Origin: Eledone cirrhosa
Taxonomy: Eukaryota
Length of the DNA stretch: 64,000 bases
Direction: 5' to 3'
Assembly: GCA_964016885.1 (NCBI GenBank)
Contig: OZ024740.1
Span: 189,472,001 to 189,536,000 of the forward strand
In this document: positions 23,735 to 37,613 of the stretch, one piece after another
Position numbering within the stretch: the stretch's first letter is position 1
How the letters are laid out: each line of letters starts with the position of its first letter
Translations under genes and position numbers: made by a program
The notes under the pieces: generated by a model
What the model saw: only the letters and a program-made list of their open reading frames with translations
Told to the model about the DNA's origin: nothing
The model's database searches: none

Positions 23735-26700
23735 ATTGTTATACTTGGGGAGGGTCATATTTGTGTAATATTGCCAGAATGAATAACAGAACACACTCAC
23801 TGTTTGGTTGGTTTTCGCTTCTCGCTTCTGTGTCTTACAGACAGAAACGCATTAACGGTAAGGAAATCCGAAATCTCATCACAGCAAACGAGAGAGATAA
23901 CTTCATGAGCGTCATCCGACGTGAAACGAAATACGCTCGAAACGAATGCAATAGGCATTTCAATAAGAAATTAGAATGGATGAATAAGAAAAAACTAGAA
24001 GAAAGGAAAATCGAATATTCTCAAAAATACCCAGATAACATCGACAATATCCGTATGACTGATGTAAAACTACCGGAAGAATTTACCAATGACCACACAG
24101 TAAATATCTATGGGAACACTTTAATAAGTGAACAAGAACAACAAATCCTGCGGCTACCACCAAAATTTGCCATCTACAAAAGGATTAACCCTATGGAGTG
24201 CAAAACGGAGCTGGAAAAGTGTTTCACAAAAATACGTTGGAATGCAAAGGTAAACAACAACAACAATAATAACGGTAGTAGTAATATAAACAATAACTCT
24301 GAGTATAGAAATAACAGCCATAACTATAACAATAGCAGGAAAGTGAGAAATAGTGATAATGGTAATAATACTAGCGATAGACAGAACAACAACAACCACA
24401 ATAATAATAATAATAGAAACATTAACCACAGACACAGCAGCAGCGACCACAGTAGTAATAACGGTAACAATACGAACAACAACAAAAATAACCACAGTGG
24501 TAATAATGGAAATAGTACATGTAGCAACATCAATAATAGACACAACAAAAACAATAAACATAATAAAAGTAACAACCACAATGGTAGAAATAACAGTAAC
24601 AACAACAACAATAACGGTGAAGTAAACAACAATACATCTAGCAATCAGAACAATAATAATAATGCTAATGATAGAAACAATAACAACCACCATGATAACA
24701 ATAATAGCAACACACACAACTATGACGATAGATATAATGACAACCCCTTAGAGAAACTATTTTTCAACCCAGATGACAAAACATATAAGATGGGTAATAT
24801 CTATCCTACGAGGTTACCCTTTAATGAAAGAGTTTGCATACCACAACAAATAGATGACGAGACAGAGGCACAGTTCACCATAGCTAGAAATAAGATTAGA
24901 CAAATAGTAGACAGGTATACTAAGAGACAAAGCAGACCAGAGGCCCAACAACTTGGGAGGAAACCTGTAGAAGGCTTGGTTAGCCTCAAGCAGCGCACAA
25001 GGGATGGTGAGGTAGTATGTCTACCCACGGATGAGTCTGATAGGATGTCAATAGATACCATGCAGAACTACATCAAGGCTATGCAACCCCACATCACCAA
25101 CACGAGCGAAATTGCACAACAAACACACGATGGGAGAGAGAAAATCCTCAACGCTCACATGATGATGTGGACTGACATCCTAAAGCCAAGCAGACGCACT
25201 GCCAACAACTTCCAGGCGTCTAATAATGGCATACCACCCTTGTATGGGCTCCGCAAAGACTACAAGACGGTCGACGACCCGACGACCACAGGGCCACCAA
25301 CAAGACCCGTATGCTGAGCTAATATAGCTAGCAACTACAGGATCTCCTACTTCCTCTCAATGGTTATACGCCCCATAATCAAGATGTCCCCAGATGTATG
25401 TGACAGTACAGAGGACCTCCTCAGCAGAATCAGTGAGTGCAACAAAAACAGGAGCCTATCCAACTGCATAATAGGCAGCATGGATGTGGTGTCACTGTAC
25501 CCATCCATTAACATTGATTTTGCTGTGAAAAGATGTGTGGAGATGATCATTGAGAGTGAGGTGGAGTTCTGCGACGTCGACACAGACGAACTGGGCCTCC
25601 TACTTAGACTTACCTACGACACTTACTACCTAGACAGCCATGACCTTAGATGTTTCTTCCCTAGTAGACCTATAAGAGGTAGACCTTCCACCATAACCTC
25701 AATGGCAAAAAGGACTCCCATGGGAAGGTGGATTGGGTTGACCAAAGCTATACGGACCCCCCAAAACAATGATCAGGTAAGAAAAATGGTCGCACTTGCA
25801 ATAGGGGCTAGTATAAAAAAAACTACCCTAAAGGGCCACATATTTAAGTTCAACGAGAAGATCTACACCCAAAATGAGAGAGCAGCCATCGGCGTCAGCA
25901 TAGCTGGTGATGTTGCCAACCTTTTCATGGTATGGTGGGAAAAGAGACTTAAAGATCTCCTTAATGAGAGCTCCATAGACTTCATCATGTACTCTCGTTA
26001 TGTAGACGATATCAATATAGTTTAAGAACACCCCCACTAGAGAGCACTAACAAGTTTGATTTAGAACGTAGCACGATGGAAAGCATCCAGCAGATAGATA
26101 ATTCCATACACCAGAGTATAACTGTATCTATCGACTTCCCTTCCAAACACCCTAACAATAGACTACCTGTATTAGACACATAACTCTGGATTAACACTAT
26201 AGACGAGAGAGCCCAAATTCTCCACTCACACTATGCTAAACCCATGGCCTCCAGATACCTGATACTCAAAAACTCAGCAATGTCCAGTAGTGCTAAGTTT
26301 AATATTCTGATCGCAGATTTGGTACGAGTGTTGAAGAATGTGTCCCGCATGTGCGACCCAACAGAAATGGAAAGACACATCCAACACTTCATCAACCGCA
26401 TGCAGTTCTCTGGCTACAACCAAAGAGACAGAGTCAGAGTATACGAAGGTGCCATGGAAAAGCATAAGACCCTCATAGAACTGGACATGAAAGGAATTTA
26501 CCCATTATACAGGAGCAAATCATGGAATGGCATAGATAGGGCTAGACATAAGATAGGGAAAGCCACCTCATGGTACGACAACCAGAGATACCAGAGTGCC
26601 ATGTTTGTGGACGCCACCCCTGGAGGGAAATTAGCTAACCAGTGTAGAAAGGCCCTGAGAAAGACCCACTTAAAAGTAAAGGTGGTAGAAAAGCCGGGAA

Positions 26701-27650
26701 CCACCATAAAATCCCTGATCAGCAAAACCTACCCTTTTAAGAAAACCCACTGTACCAATAGGAAATTATCATATGTAAGGTGAACCTCCGGATAAACTGT
26801 AAAACTAGAAACGTAGTCTATAGCATAAGATGTACAGAGGGAACTTGCAGAAACATGACAACAACATACATAGGTGAGACAGCTCGTAGCATAGGTGAAA
26901 GGATAGACCAACACTGGGGGGAACTAAAAGGACGAAAAAACGGGTCAGTACTATACTAACATGCTAGACAACAACATGACGGTAACATAGACAACATAGA
27001 AATTAGAATAATATCTAAACATAGAAAAGACCCAGCAGATAGGCAAATCAGAGAGGCCAGTGAAATAGAAATTAGAAGACCAAGGCTAAACAGAAAGAAT
27101 GAATGGAATAACAACAACACCCAAACAAACAACACTGACCTAAGAGAAGTATAAATAAGTAAATAAAATAAAATAAATAAATAAATAAATAAATACATAC
27201 ACAAGCACAATAACAACAAGCACATGAACACACACCAGTCACCCATCACACAGCAAACAAAAGACTATACATACACGCAAACGCATGCGCAAAGACGACA
27301 AAATAAAATAAACAAACAAGCAAATAAATAAATAAATATATAGACAGACTGAATAAAAATGGCGTAGACATACAATACAACAGGAGGAAGATATAACACC
27401 ACTGACGATGTTGCAGATGTGCAACGAAAGATTTATGATAAACTATATATATGTGTGTTTGTGTCTTTATTGTATCTGTATTATTTTTGACCGTCGGTCA
27501 GTCAATGGCAACATTGAGGACCGAGTAAGTTAGATTACCGATATAAAAGACACAGAAGCGAGAAGCGAAAACCAACCAAACAGTGAGTGTGTTCTGTTAT
27601 TAATTCTGGCAATATTACACAAATATGACCCTCCCCAAGTATAACCATAT
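23735..27650 (+). mobile_element. Near-complete PLE (clade not assigned) with an inverted terminal copy of about 98 bp
   Basis: 23739-23836 is the reverse complement of 27547-27644. HHR CTGACGA T GTTGCA gatg TGCAAC GAAA GATT TA at 27398-27439. Flanked by TA-rich tracts. Confidence 0.9.
23837..27115 (+). pseudogene. PLE polyprotein (RT plus GIY-YIG) with stops/frameshifts and an Asn-rich insert
   Basis: PPLYGLRKD..PTRPVC, GSMDVVSLYPSI, AAIGVSIAG, SRYVDDI, LPVLD, SGY. GIY-YIG NVVYSIRC..YIGETARSIGERIDQH..REA..LNRKNEW at about 26770-27110. Confidence 0.9.
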
Positions 27651-27659
27651 ATATATATA

Positions 27660-27703
<44 letters not shown>

Positions 27704-27821
27704 CAAATATATATATTATGTAAATATATTATATACATATTTATATTATATATAGATATTATATATATTATATATATATTATATATATTTTAGATAAATA
27801 TATATATATATATATATATAT

Positions 27822-28443
27822 AGTTCAAGAGTAAACCAATCTTAAAGAGAAAAATGGAGATAGGAGAGGAGAAGAGAGATGGGTGAATTAGTTAGAAGCC
27901 AAAAGCGTAAAGGCATGTGCTCAATGTGCAATATTCAGTGGAAGGCAGCTAGATGGCTGGGTTCATGCAGAGTTTAGGTGCATAGAGCTAGGAATATTCG
28001 TTAGTTAAGCAAAACAAGACCACAAATTTCACAAGGAAGACATTATTTAAAGATTGTCAATATAGTTGTAGTTTAATGTAAGGAATGTAGAAAATAATAA
28101 TAATAATACTAATAATAATACAAACAATGTCCGTTTACAATTGTTTCGCAACTTCATATATACAAATAAATTAATTTATATTCCTTATCAATATTTCATC
28201 ATCCCTTTTGAAGTTCCGATGAACTGCTCCATTTTTACCTAAGTTAATTATCTTCATCTGAACCAGATCAATAATTATCTATAATCATTTGATCCAGAAA
28301 CATTATATGAAGTAGCGAAACAATTGTAAACGGACATTATCAGTATTATTATTATTATTATTTACATTCCTTACATTAAACTACAACTATATTGACAATC
28401 TTTAAATAATATCTTCCCGTTGTTTCGCTTAACTAATGAATAT
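27822..28443. mobile_element. Short PLE-terminus insertion with inverted arms and a long-stem-II hammerhead
   Basis: 27994-28160 is the imperfect reverse complement of 28304-28443. Plus-strand HHR GTT CCGATGA A CTGCT..AGTAG C GAAA CAATTG TA AAC at 28213-28331. (TA)n on both sides. Confidence 0.75.
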
Positions 28444-28455
28444 ATATATATATAT

Positions 28456-28584
<129 letters not shown>

Positions 28585-28616
28585 ATTATGTAAATATATT
28601 ATATATATATATATAT

Positions 28617-28663
<47 letters not shown>

Positions 28664-28840
28664 TATATATATATATATATAATATATATATTATATATAA
28701 ATGTATTATATATATATATATATCATATATATATTATATATATATCATATATATATATTATGTATATATATTATATATATTACATATATATATATTATAT
28801 ATATTTCTTGCTCGTCTGTATTCGTGAAACCTTTAGGTAA

Positions 28841-28885
<45 letters not shown>

Positions 28886-28892
<7 letters not shown>

Positions 28893-29589
28893 ATACTTTG
28901 GGAGGGTCATGTTGCCAATAACAAACACACGCACCAGTTGTTTCACTTCAATTTATTATAATAAATTTATGAATTTATGAATTTATAAATTTCCGGTTGG
29001 TTGGTTGTTTCCACAACCAGACGGTTGTTTATATATTGTCAAAGTTCTTTCGTCACACATTCTGTGACCTCTTCAGTGACTGGGGATTCTTTTCTTTGTT
29101 TTTGTCCCTCTCCTGAGGCAATAAACATAAAAGAATTACAACCAAAATTAAATAGAAAACATGAGTGGACCAGCAACATCACACCTTACAATAAAGGACA
29201 AAATGAAAACACACACGCACATAGAACAAGCAACCAACCTGTAACATGTAAAGAAACAAATAAATAAACGAATATAAACACACACAGACACACGGATGTG
29301 GCGCATGCGCAGACTGAGCACACAACATACAGAAACAAGATGGCGTAGGACAGAATAAAGGAGAGGGACAAAAATAAAGAAAAGTATCCCCAGTCACTGA
29401 AGAGGTCACAGAAAGTGTGACGAAAAAACTTTGACAATATATAAACAACCATCTGGTTGTGGAACCAACCAACCAACCGGAAATTTATAAATTCCTAAAT
29501 TTATAAATTTATTATAATAAATTGAAGTGAAAACATCTGGTGCGTGTGTTTCTTATTGGCAACATGACCCTCCCAAAGTATAACAATAT
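28886..29589 (+). mobile_element. Truncated PLE with inverted pseudo-LTR arms of about 230 bp and two hammerheads
   Basis: 28886-29114 is the reverse complement of 29359-29589. HHRs at 29038-29080 (minus: GTCA CTGAAGA G GTCACA gaatg TGTGAC GAAA GAAC TT TGAC) and 29393-29435 (plus). Confidence 0.9.
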
Positions 29590-29954
29590 CGGTTTCAACA
29601 CACTTTTTCAGATAAGGAATCTTGCTAAACAAATTCAGAAACGAAATATATATATATACACATATTTATAAATATATATGCATATATATGTATATATGTA
29701 TATATATATACACATATATGTATATATGTATATAAATATATATGCATATATATGTATATATGTATATATATATAATATATATATATATATAAATTAGAAT
29801 TGATGCTCTGAAATAGCGATATATATATGAATGTATTTATAGTGTATTTTGCAATACACTGACTGCTTAATTAAAACCATCTTGAAGACCTTATGCTATT
29901 GTTTTAAAGTAGTGACTATGTCACTTACTTCTTTTTTCAATAAATAAAAGGAGA

Positions 29955-30002
29955 TAAGCTCACAGATCTCTGTTTCATACTGTTGGTATTCTTCACAGCT
30001 TA
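29955..30002 (-). ncRNA. Decayed type I hammerhead
   Basis: TAAGCT GTGAAGA ATAC caaca GTAT GAA ACAGA ga TCTGT G AGCTTA. All three stems pair, but C3 and position 17 are both G, so it is predicted inactive. Confidence 0.65.
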
Positions 30003-30141
30003 GCACTCCCCTTGTTTGTTGAAAATTATGAATGTTGGATTCTTATAAATATATTATATATATGTATGTATATATAAATATATATATATATAATATACAT
30101 ATATACATATATGTATTTATAAATATATATGCATATGTATG

Positions 30142-30195
<54 letters not shown>

Positions 30196-30198
<3 letters not shown>

Positions 30199-30520
30199 TC
30201 ATCATCATCATGACCGTTTTACGGCCGTTCTTCCATGCTTGCATGGGTTAGACGGGTTGTCCTGTTGTGGGCAGTGTCTGGTCAGCTGACCATGCCTTGC
30301 TCATACAGGAACTAATTTGGCTTGATTTCTACAGCTGGATGCCCTTCCTAACACCAACCTCATTTACAGTGAGTGCTGGGTGCTTTCTTCCGTGGCGCCT
30401 ACACGTCCACTTTACAGTGTGGGCTGGGTGCTTTTTTGCTGTGGCACCTCCACGACCACTTTGCAGTGGGAGGGTGTGGGGGCATATTGTCTATATGCTT
30501 CAGATTGTACCCATGGGAGG
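30196..30520 (-). mobile_element. SINE-like repeat 3' part with (ATG)n tail
   Basis: (CAT)n followed by CCGTTCTTCCATGCTTGCATGGGTTAGACGGG. The same terminus is inserted at 45136-45200. Confidence 0.5.
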
Positions 30521-31105
30521 TCGGGTACTCTTTTTTCACTGCGTGACACCAGAGGTCACGGTCGTGTGTAATCGCCTTTGAGAGGTGTAATTGGGTAAGG
30601 TCGGCTTTTATCACCTCATCCCAGGTCTTTCTGGGTCTCCCCACTCGGCGGTTTCCATTGACTTCTAGTGCTCTGCACCTTTTTATGCATCTGTCATCCT
30701 TCATACACATCACATGTCCATACCAACGCAACCGCCTCTCCTGCACACAGCATTTGATTCCTCTTATGCTCAGTCTCTCTCTCAATTCATTCATGCTTTG
30801 CCGTTCGCGTATATTACTATTACACATCCATCGGAGCATGTAGGCTTCGTTTCTTTCTAATCTACGTAATTCTTCCACCTTCAGCGCCCAGGTCTCAGTA
30901 CCATGTAACATTGCTGTTCGGATACACGCAACATACAGTCTCCCTTTCATTTTGAGGGAGAAGCCTTTTGCAACTAGCAGTGGCAGTGGTTACCTGAACT
31001 TCGTCCATCTCGTTCTTACCCTAGTTATTGTACTTTCTGAACACCCACCTCCGCTGCTAATTCGGTCACCTAGGTAGCAGAAGCAGTCTACTGTTTCTAC
31101 AGAGC
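30520..31105 (-). pseudogene. RTE-clade LINE ORF2 C-terminal fragment
   Basis: FCYLGD upstream, then KGRLYVACIRTAMLHGTETW..MLRWMC..RRLRWYGHV..GRPRKTW. Confidence 0.88.
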
Positions 31106-31576
31106 CCTCCCAGAGATTGCTGGTACCTGTTTGTATGTATGTATATAATTATGTATGTTCGGGAGAGATGACCCCTTAGCCTTTGTCAAGGCAGAATTCT
31201 AGGAGAAGGAAAACTCTGATATAACACCTGCAACCCTGATGGTATCCAATGATGTTGACTTGTTCTTCTTTTTGGTAAATATCATCTTGGTTAAGAGAGT
31301 GGGACTGGCTTTGTGCAGTGCCTTTGCTCACTATAAAAGCCTCACGGCACATGCATTGCTTTATATCTGGAGATCTCTCTGCACTTGTCATCACATAGTA
31401 CCATGGGCCCAGCACTATGGGTCAATAATTGACACAGGTGTAGTGTTTGTACCAGAGTTTTCACGTCGCTGGCTGGACAAAAAAGTCACACTTGTTCAGC
31501 GCATCGGTAGGGGTTCTCCTACATGGATATAAAGTAGTGGCCGTACTCGAAAACGAATTGGCAGTCACCATATATG

Positions 31577-31652
<76 letters not shown>

Positions 31653-31690
31653 CATATATATGTAATATACATATATAAATATATTATATA

Positions 31691-31796
<106 letters not shown>

Positions 31797-32044
31797 TATA
31801 TATATATTTATACATGTGCGTTAAAAAACACATCTCTCCCAGTCTTCATTATTATTTTGAAGTGAAGCTTACCAATTTCTGTATACCTGCAGAAGAGCAC
31901 AGAAATAGGAAGCTTCACTTAATCGTTGCGAAACAAATTTGAAGTTTAAAATATAAATTTGTTCAGGTATCACAGCTTTTGGCAATATAGGTTTGTTTTT
32001 ATTGATTTGTTATTTTAAATCGAGACAGGCAAACTGTATTATTT

Positions 32045-32448
32045 TAATACATTTCTACCATTGTAGAACCAACAGCGATATATGCCTGTGAGACATGGAA
32101 GAGTACGGAAAGTGTATGTAACAAGCTTGATGTATTCCATCGTCGTTGCATTTGGACCATATTGAAAATTTCATGGAGAGACCAAGTTAGCAACGAGGAA
32201 GTGATGAGGAAGTCAGGATTGGAAAGGTTAAGAGACATTGTCCGGAAAAGGAGACGGCGGTTCGCGGGCCACATCCTTCGTTTGCCAGCAGATCGACCTG
32301 CTCATATTGCTATGGATTGGGTACCAGAAGGTGGCAGGAGAGAACGGGGAAGACCACGAAAAACATGGCGGAACACATTCAGGGAAGACCTGCGGGAGAT
32401 GGGAATTAGCTGGAGAGGTGCTAGAAGGGCCGCCAGTGACAGAATCAA
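32045..32448 (+). pseudogene. RTE-clade LINE ORF2 C-terminal fragment
   Basis: YACETW..FHRRCI..ILKISWRDQVSNEEV..RFAGHILR..GRPRKTW. Confidence 0.88.
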
Positions 32449-32515
<67 letters not shown>

Positions 32516-32844
32516 ATACATATAATGCATATATATATATATATTTGAGAGCTAGATCTGAGGTCCGGATCCAGCAATCGAAACGGTCGGGGCTAAGCCG
32601 TGGGTACCCTGACTCTTTCTTTTCTTATTTGGAGATGGCAAAGCCAACCACTAATCTCTCGTATACAGGAAACTGACTGGCCTGTCTACTGATATGCATA
32701 TCTGGCTTATTAGTGAATCTGCTAATATGCAGATCTAACTGATCAACCAATCTGCTAATATAAAAATCAGGCCAATCAGTCACTGTATATTTTATAAAAT
32801 ATCATATATTTTCACTTGCTCTTACAGTTGGCAGGTTAACAGTG

Positions 32845-32892
32845 AACTGCACTGATGAAGGGTGATACCCAGAAACATTAGTGTCTGCAGTT
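32845..32892 (+). ncRNA. Intact type I hammerhead ribozyme
   Basis: AACTGCA CTGATGA A GGGT gat ACCC A GAA ACA ttag TGT C TGCAGTT; GUC cleavage after 32885. Confidence 0.88.
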
Positions 32893-34689
32893 TTGTTTAC
32901 ATGCCAACACAAGTACAAGAATGAGGGGCTTATTCTACTGACATGGCTTTAAATAATTGCAAACGAATCGAATATTCTTATTAATATTCGAAAAACTCAG
33001 ATTACATTTATTGTAGTCAGCCATGTAGAGTGATAATTTAAAAAAAAATTAATTTATTATTAGACATGTTTAGATATGTTCATATATATATATATGTATA
33101 AGTATATATGTTTATATATGTGTGTGTGTATATATGTATATATACAGACGCATACGAACATAACTAATTCATTAACTCATTTAGTACTACCCACTACGTT
33201 CCTCGTAATTCTTTACCTTACTCTAGAATCTTAGTAATATCGGTTTAAGACTGGCATAAGTTTATGTATATCACAAGAAAATATAGCCGAGCAAATCGAC
33301 ACCAGAATTTAAATAAGCCTTTGTTTTAACGATCCAGGAAGAGCATTGGCGAGATTTTCTCTTAGTATATAGAAACATAATCAAATTCCACATGATGTTT
33401 TGCCCAGTTCTCTATTGCCCTTTAAAATAGTATTTTTTTAAATATTTAACACAATCAACTGTATGCAAACTATACAGTAAACTGGTTATGGAGATAGCTT
33501 TGCAGGTAATTCGATAAAACTATTCAGCCTGACATAATTTCCATATTGCTTATCATACTAAAATTTGTGATTTCCTTAACTAACACCCACCCTTATACTT
33601 CAAATAATCTAAAATAAATTTATCACCATATAACAATATTATTACTGGAAGAATAATTGTTTTCCAAATTTTAAAAATCTTTTTTCTCGAACTAATGCTG
33701 TTAAATTTTCTACTTATTTACACTGTCTTGTCGTTACTATTTAGAAATTGATTGCGTGACTAATTTTATTGTTCTAAATCTGTGTGTAACACACATTCTC
33801 TCAACTTGATATTCTCATTGACCTATCTATGCGTGTCTTCGGCTTCATTATCTTATTGACAACCCCTGTTTTAAACATACATAATTTACCTGTAGCAAGT
33901 TATCTTGCGTGATTCTATTAGAATTTATACATTCCTTCCGGCAATATCTTTCTTCGTTACCAATTGATAAGCAAGCTTAATTCAAATTAACACGAACCTG
34001 CTCTCTTTTGTTATCAAAAGCTATAATGATATTTGTAATTTTCAAACTTGTCTTTAACAGTGCTGTATTATATTCTAATTGAAAAACATACAAACTCAAA
34101 CATTTCTAATTAACCAAAACGTTTGGATTTACGTAAGAAAATGAGATGACTGTCTTCTTTCGTTTAATTAAGACAAAATAATTATGAATCCTTAGTAATT
34201 TTAAAGCATTTTTTATAACTAACACATTCGTGTTGGACATTTAGGTATATTACACGAAGCTAAGGGTATTAATTGGCTAACACTTCTGCATAAACCTAAG
34301 CAAATACATTTGAATTTCAATTACAAATTACGTAAGTTTTCATTTACAAGGCTTGGATGTCATTTAAATCAATCGACTCTTTGAACACACACGGAGAGTT
34401 ATAAGTGTAACTAACTAGCCAACGAGAAAAGAAAAGGAAGTGAGATAATTACATCGAGACTTACAGTTGTTAAGTCGGTACTATATATATTTAACTTATT
34501 TCAGTCATTGGACGCCACACATGTTAAGGGACATATTTTAAGAAAAAAATAATCGGCATTGACAACCCAAGCATTTATTTTATTGTGGTACTCATTTTCC
34601 CATATCCTTGGTTGTCAAAATTTCGGGTCATAATATGATGCAAATACAACAAAAAAGTTGGACGTTAAACATAATCGCTACTTTTCCCG

Positions 34690-35520
34690 TGGTGAGCCTG
34701 GAGAGTAATTCCATTCTCTTTAAGCTTAGTTCCACCCCAAAAAGCTGGACAGCCTCTGCGAAGCAGAAAGTGTAGCGTTGCAAGGCTCTTTTTGTGTGGG
34801 CAACAAGAGCAGAGTTGTTGGCAAAGAGGAGGTCTCGGATCAATTGTTCCAGGGTCTTCGCGTGAGACTGTAGTCGACGGTGATTAAACGGGCTGCCATC
34901 ATAACTGTATGTGATGTAGACTTCGTCCTGGCCATCAACACCTTCTGTGCTGTGCTTGAGCATCATGGTGAAGAGACCCGGTGCTAGGACACAACCCCGC
35001 TTCATTCCGTTGATGATCGGGAAGAGGTCTTAGAGGTCACTTTAGAGTGATGCATCTAAGTTGTTTTCAAACTGTCCTTCTGCTGGAAGATGGTGCTTAT
35101 GGTGACGAGGTGATGTTCAGCGCAATACTCAAAGTGCAAGCATCCATTGTCGTTCCAGTTACCAACGCCATCTCTCCCAAGTACTCCTTCCCAAGTTACA
35201 GAATCTCAACCGACTCTGGAATTCAAATCGCCAAGGATTATGAACTTGCCATCCACAGTGGTGCTCCGTAAGTGACTGTGCAGAGCAGTAGAGGGTGTAT
35301 TCGGCGCCAGGCCCCTGTAGGCTCCCTTCCCCATGGAAGGGGATTTCAATAAGAGCAGCGACGTCAAAATTCAGTCTTGACAGCTCGTGTGCAATTAAAA
35401 CAGATCGACCTATTGCACAACTGCTGTCGACAGTGTCTAGCATGGTTTTGTTGTTCCAGCATGCGAATTTCAGTCGATTGTATTGCGACGTGGAAACATT
35501 TTAATAACTCCCTCCGGGCA
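34690..35520 (-). pseudogene. RTE/BovB-like LINE fragments (APE endonuclease start joined to RT middle)
   Basis: LIAHELSRLNFDVAAL.E..FHGEGSL..YTLY, and GMKRGCVLAPGLF..IRDLLFANNSALVAH (a decayed LLFADD). Confidence 0.8.
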
Positions 35521-35788
35521 GGAATATATGTGAATTGCTCAGGCATTTTAACATTTTATATCGAAATCCATAAGCGAAAAAGGACTCTTATTTTTCTCCA
35601 CGAAGAGAGATAACCTATTGCAATTTATATCAAATACAAAAGGTTCTCAGCTGAAAATGCTACTAGGGCTATTAGTCATGACTTGAATGGAAAGCATATA
35701 CAAATTGCTGAGCAACATATTGCAAAGTTTCATTGCAAAATTTCATCGGAGATATTGAAAGAAAATAAATGAGAAAAAACAGTAAATA

Positions 35789-35910
<122 letters not shown>

Positions 35911-36261
35911 CATGTATGTATGTATATATAAATATATATATATGCACACACAGAAATATATATACATATACACATATATATACATACATATATACATACA
36001 TATATATATACATATATATATATATATATGGGGGTGAGAGGTGTGGGGGTAAGGGTTAGTGGTGGTAGTAGGGTGTGTGTTTAGTGTGAGCGCGTGTATA
36101 TATGTGCCGGTGGGTGTGTGCGTGTTATAAGGAGGGGGAGGAGGAGAAGAGGGGAGGGAAGGGATGTTAGTATGTTAGTATGAGGGGTGGAGTGGAGGTG
36201 TTAGTATTGTTAGTTGTGGGGTGGGCGGTGAAAAGGAGGGGTTATAAATGTTTATTAATTT

Positions 36262-36301
<40 letters not shown>

Positions 36302-36367
36302 TGTGTGTGTGTATATGTATGTATATGTATATATGTATGTATGAGTGTGTGTATATATATATATACA

Positions 36368-36678
36368 TTATCATAATGCTCGGTGTGTTTGTAAACAAAC
36401 ATCCCGAATTAAGCCGTACAGTGTCTAGCAACCATCGTTGCTCATTTGTTCAACACTGACAAAGGAACGCGTGTACTAGTTTCAAGCTTATTAGCTATCG
36501 TCAGCAACGTATACCTTCCTGGCAGATGGTTGAACGTCTGAAAGTATATACTTTCTTTATGCATATTAACGGCTGAGCAGCTTAATTTGCATATCGAGTG
36601 AGTTAATCGCCCGGGGTAACGAAAACGATAAACGGAAAAAATGAAACGAAATTTCATTTTTCACTCTTAGTACGGCTG
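36368..36678 (-). mobile_element. Diverged single retrozyme-like unit with hammerhead at about 36467-36510
   Basis: Aligns with 44730-45045. Minus: CTGACGA T AGCT aata AGCT T GAAA CTAG TA, with a weakened stem I. Confidence 0.8.
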
Positions 36679-37075
36679 TTACCTAAATGTTTTTCGTATA
36701 CGGTGATTACAGATTATGATCAATTCCTTTTTTTTATTTAAGAAATCGTCCTTAAATTTAGTAATTTCCAAGATCTTTCCTGAACATAGTCTGCATTCCC
36801 TCCTGTTCCCAAGATATGGAGATTTTTGTAGAATGGTGTTCCACGATAACTTGAAATCTATTTTTTTCTTTTTATAATTATTTACCGCTTCAGCTAAAGA
36901 TGTGGTGTTTGCAAGTTTAGTATTGTTGAAACTACTAGAGTGTGCGTAAAATCTTTTCTCAAATGTGTTTGATGTAGATCCTATATAACTTTTGTTGGGG
37001 TTTGTAGTAGACACAGTGCCTTTATATATTACATTATTAATCAAAGATTTTCCAATTAAGGGGATACATTCAACT
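36679..37075 (-). pseudogene. Naiad-like GIY-YIG endonuclease fragment
   Basis: NVIYKGTV..SYIGST..FEKRFYAH..CRLC..LNKKKEL..CNH. Confidence 0.88.
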
Positions 37076-37480
37076 ATCAGTTTGACAATCCCCTTCCTAA
37101 TAGATTTTTATGCCAACTCTACTAACACCCTTCAACCATTCCTTTCAAAGGGTCATGACCTCAACTAAAGTGTATTATTTTTCATCTTAACACCATAAGA
37201 AAAAACAATTTGATTCGTTAGTTCTTCAACTCCTCCAAATAAGGACATGATACTAACATGCTACTAATTCTGAGTAAAATTATTATTGAGTACAATTATT
37301 ATTGCTTTTGAAAACAGCTGGTGATATGCATGTAAGTACATATTCTCTCTATCTGATAGTTTGTAAACTTACATATATCAATAACTGAGTATAGATACAA
37401 TGTACTATCACCATCTAGAAACGATCGTAAAGCAGTGAAGTATATCTCTAATGACTTGATTTTTTTATTACATTGTTTTA

Positions 37481-37562
<82 letters not shown>

Positions 37563-37613
37563 CAAGAGATAAGAGTATCATAGTTGTCTTTACAATAAGG
37601 GCTTTATTCACAG

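Noticed and set aside
25315-25317. In-frame TGA in the PLE RT as possible selenocysteine (reported for some Naiad PLEs)
   Set aside because: It falls where Gly is expected (RPVC-G-A, GGA>TGA) in a copy with other stops and frameshifts. Cys positions I checked in the Naiad-like endonucleases here are ordinary TGY codons.
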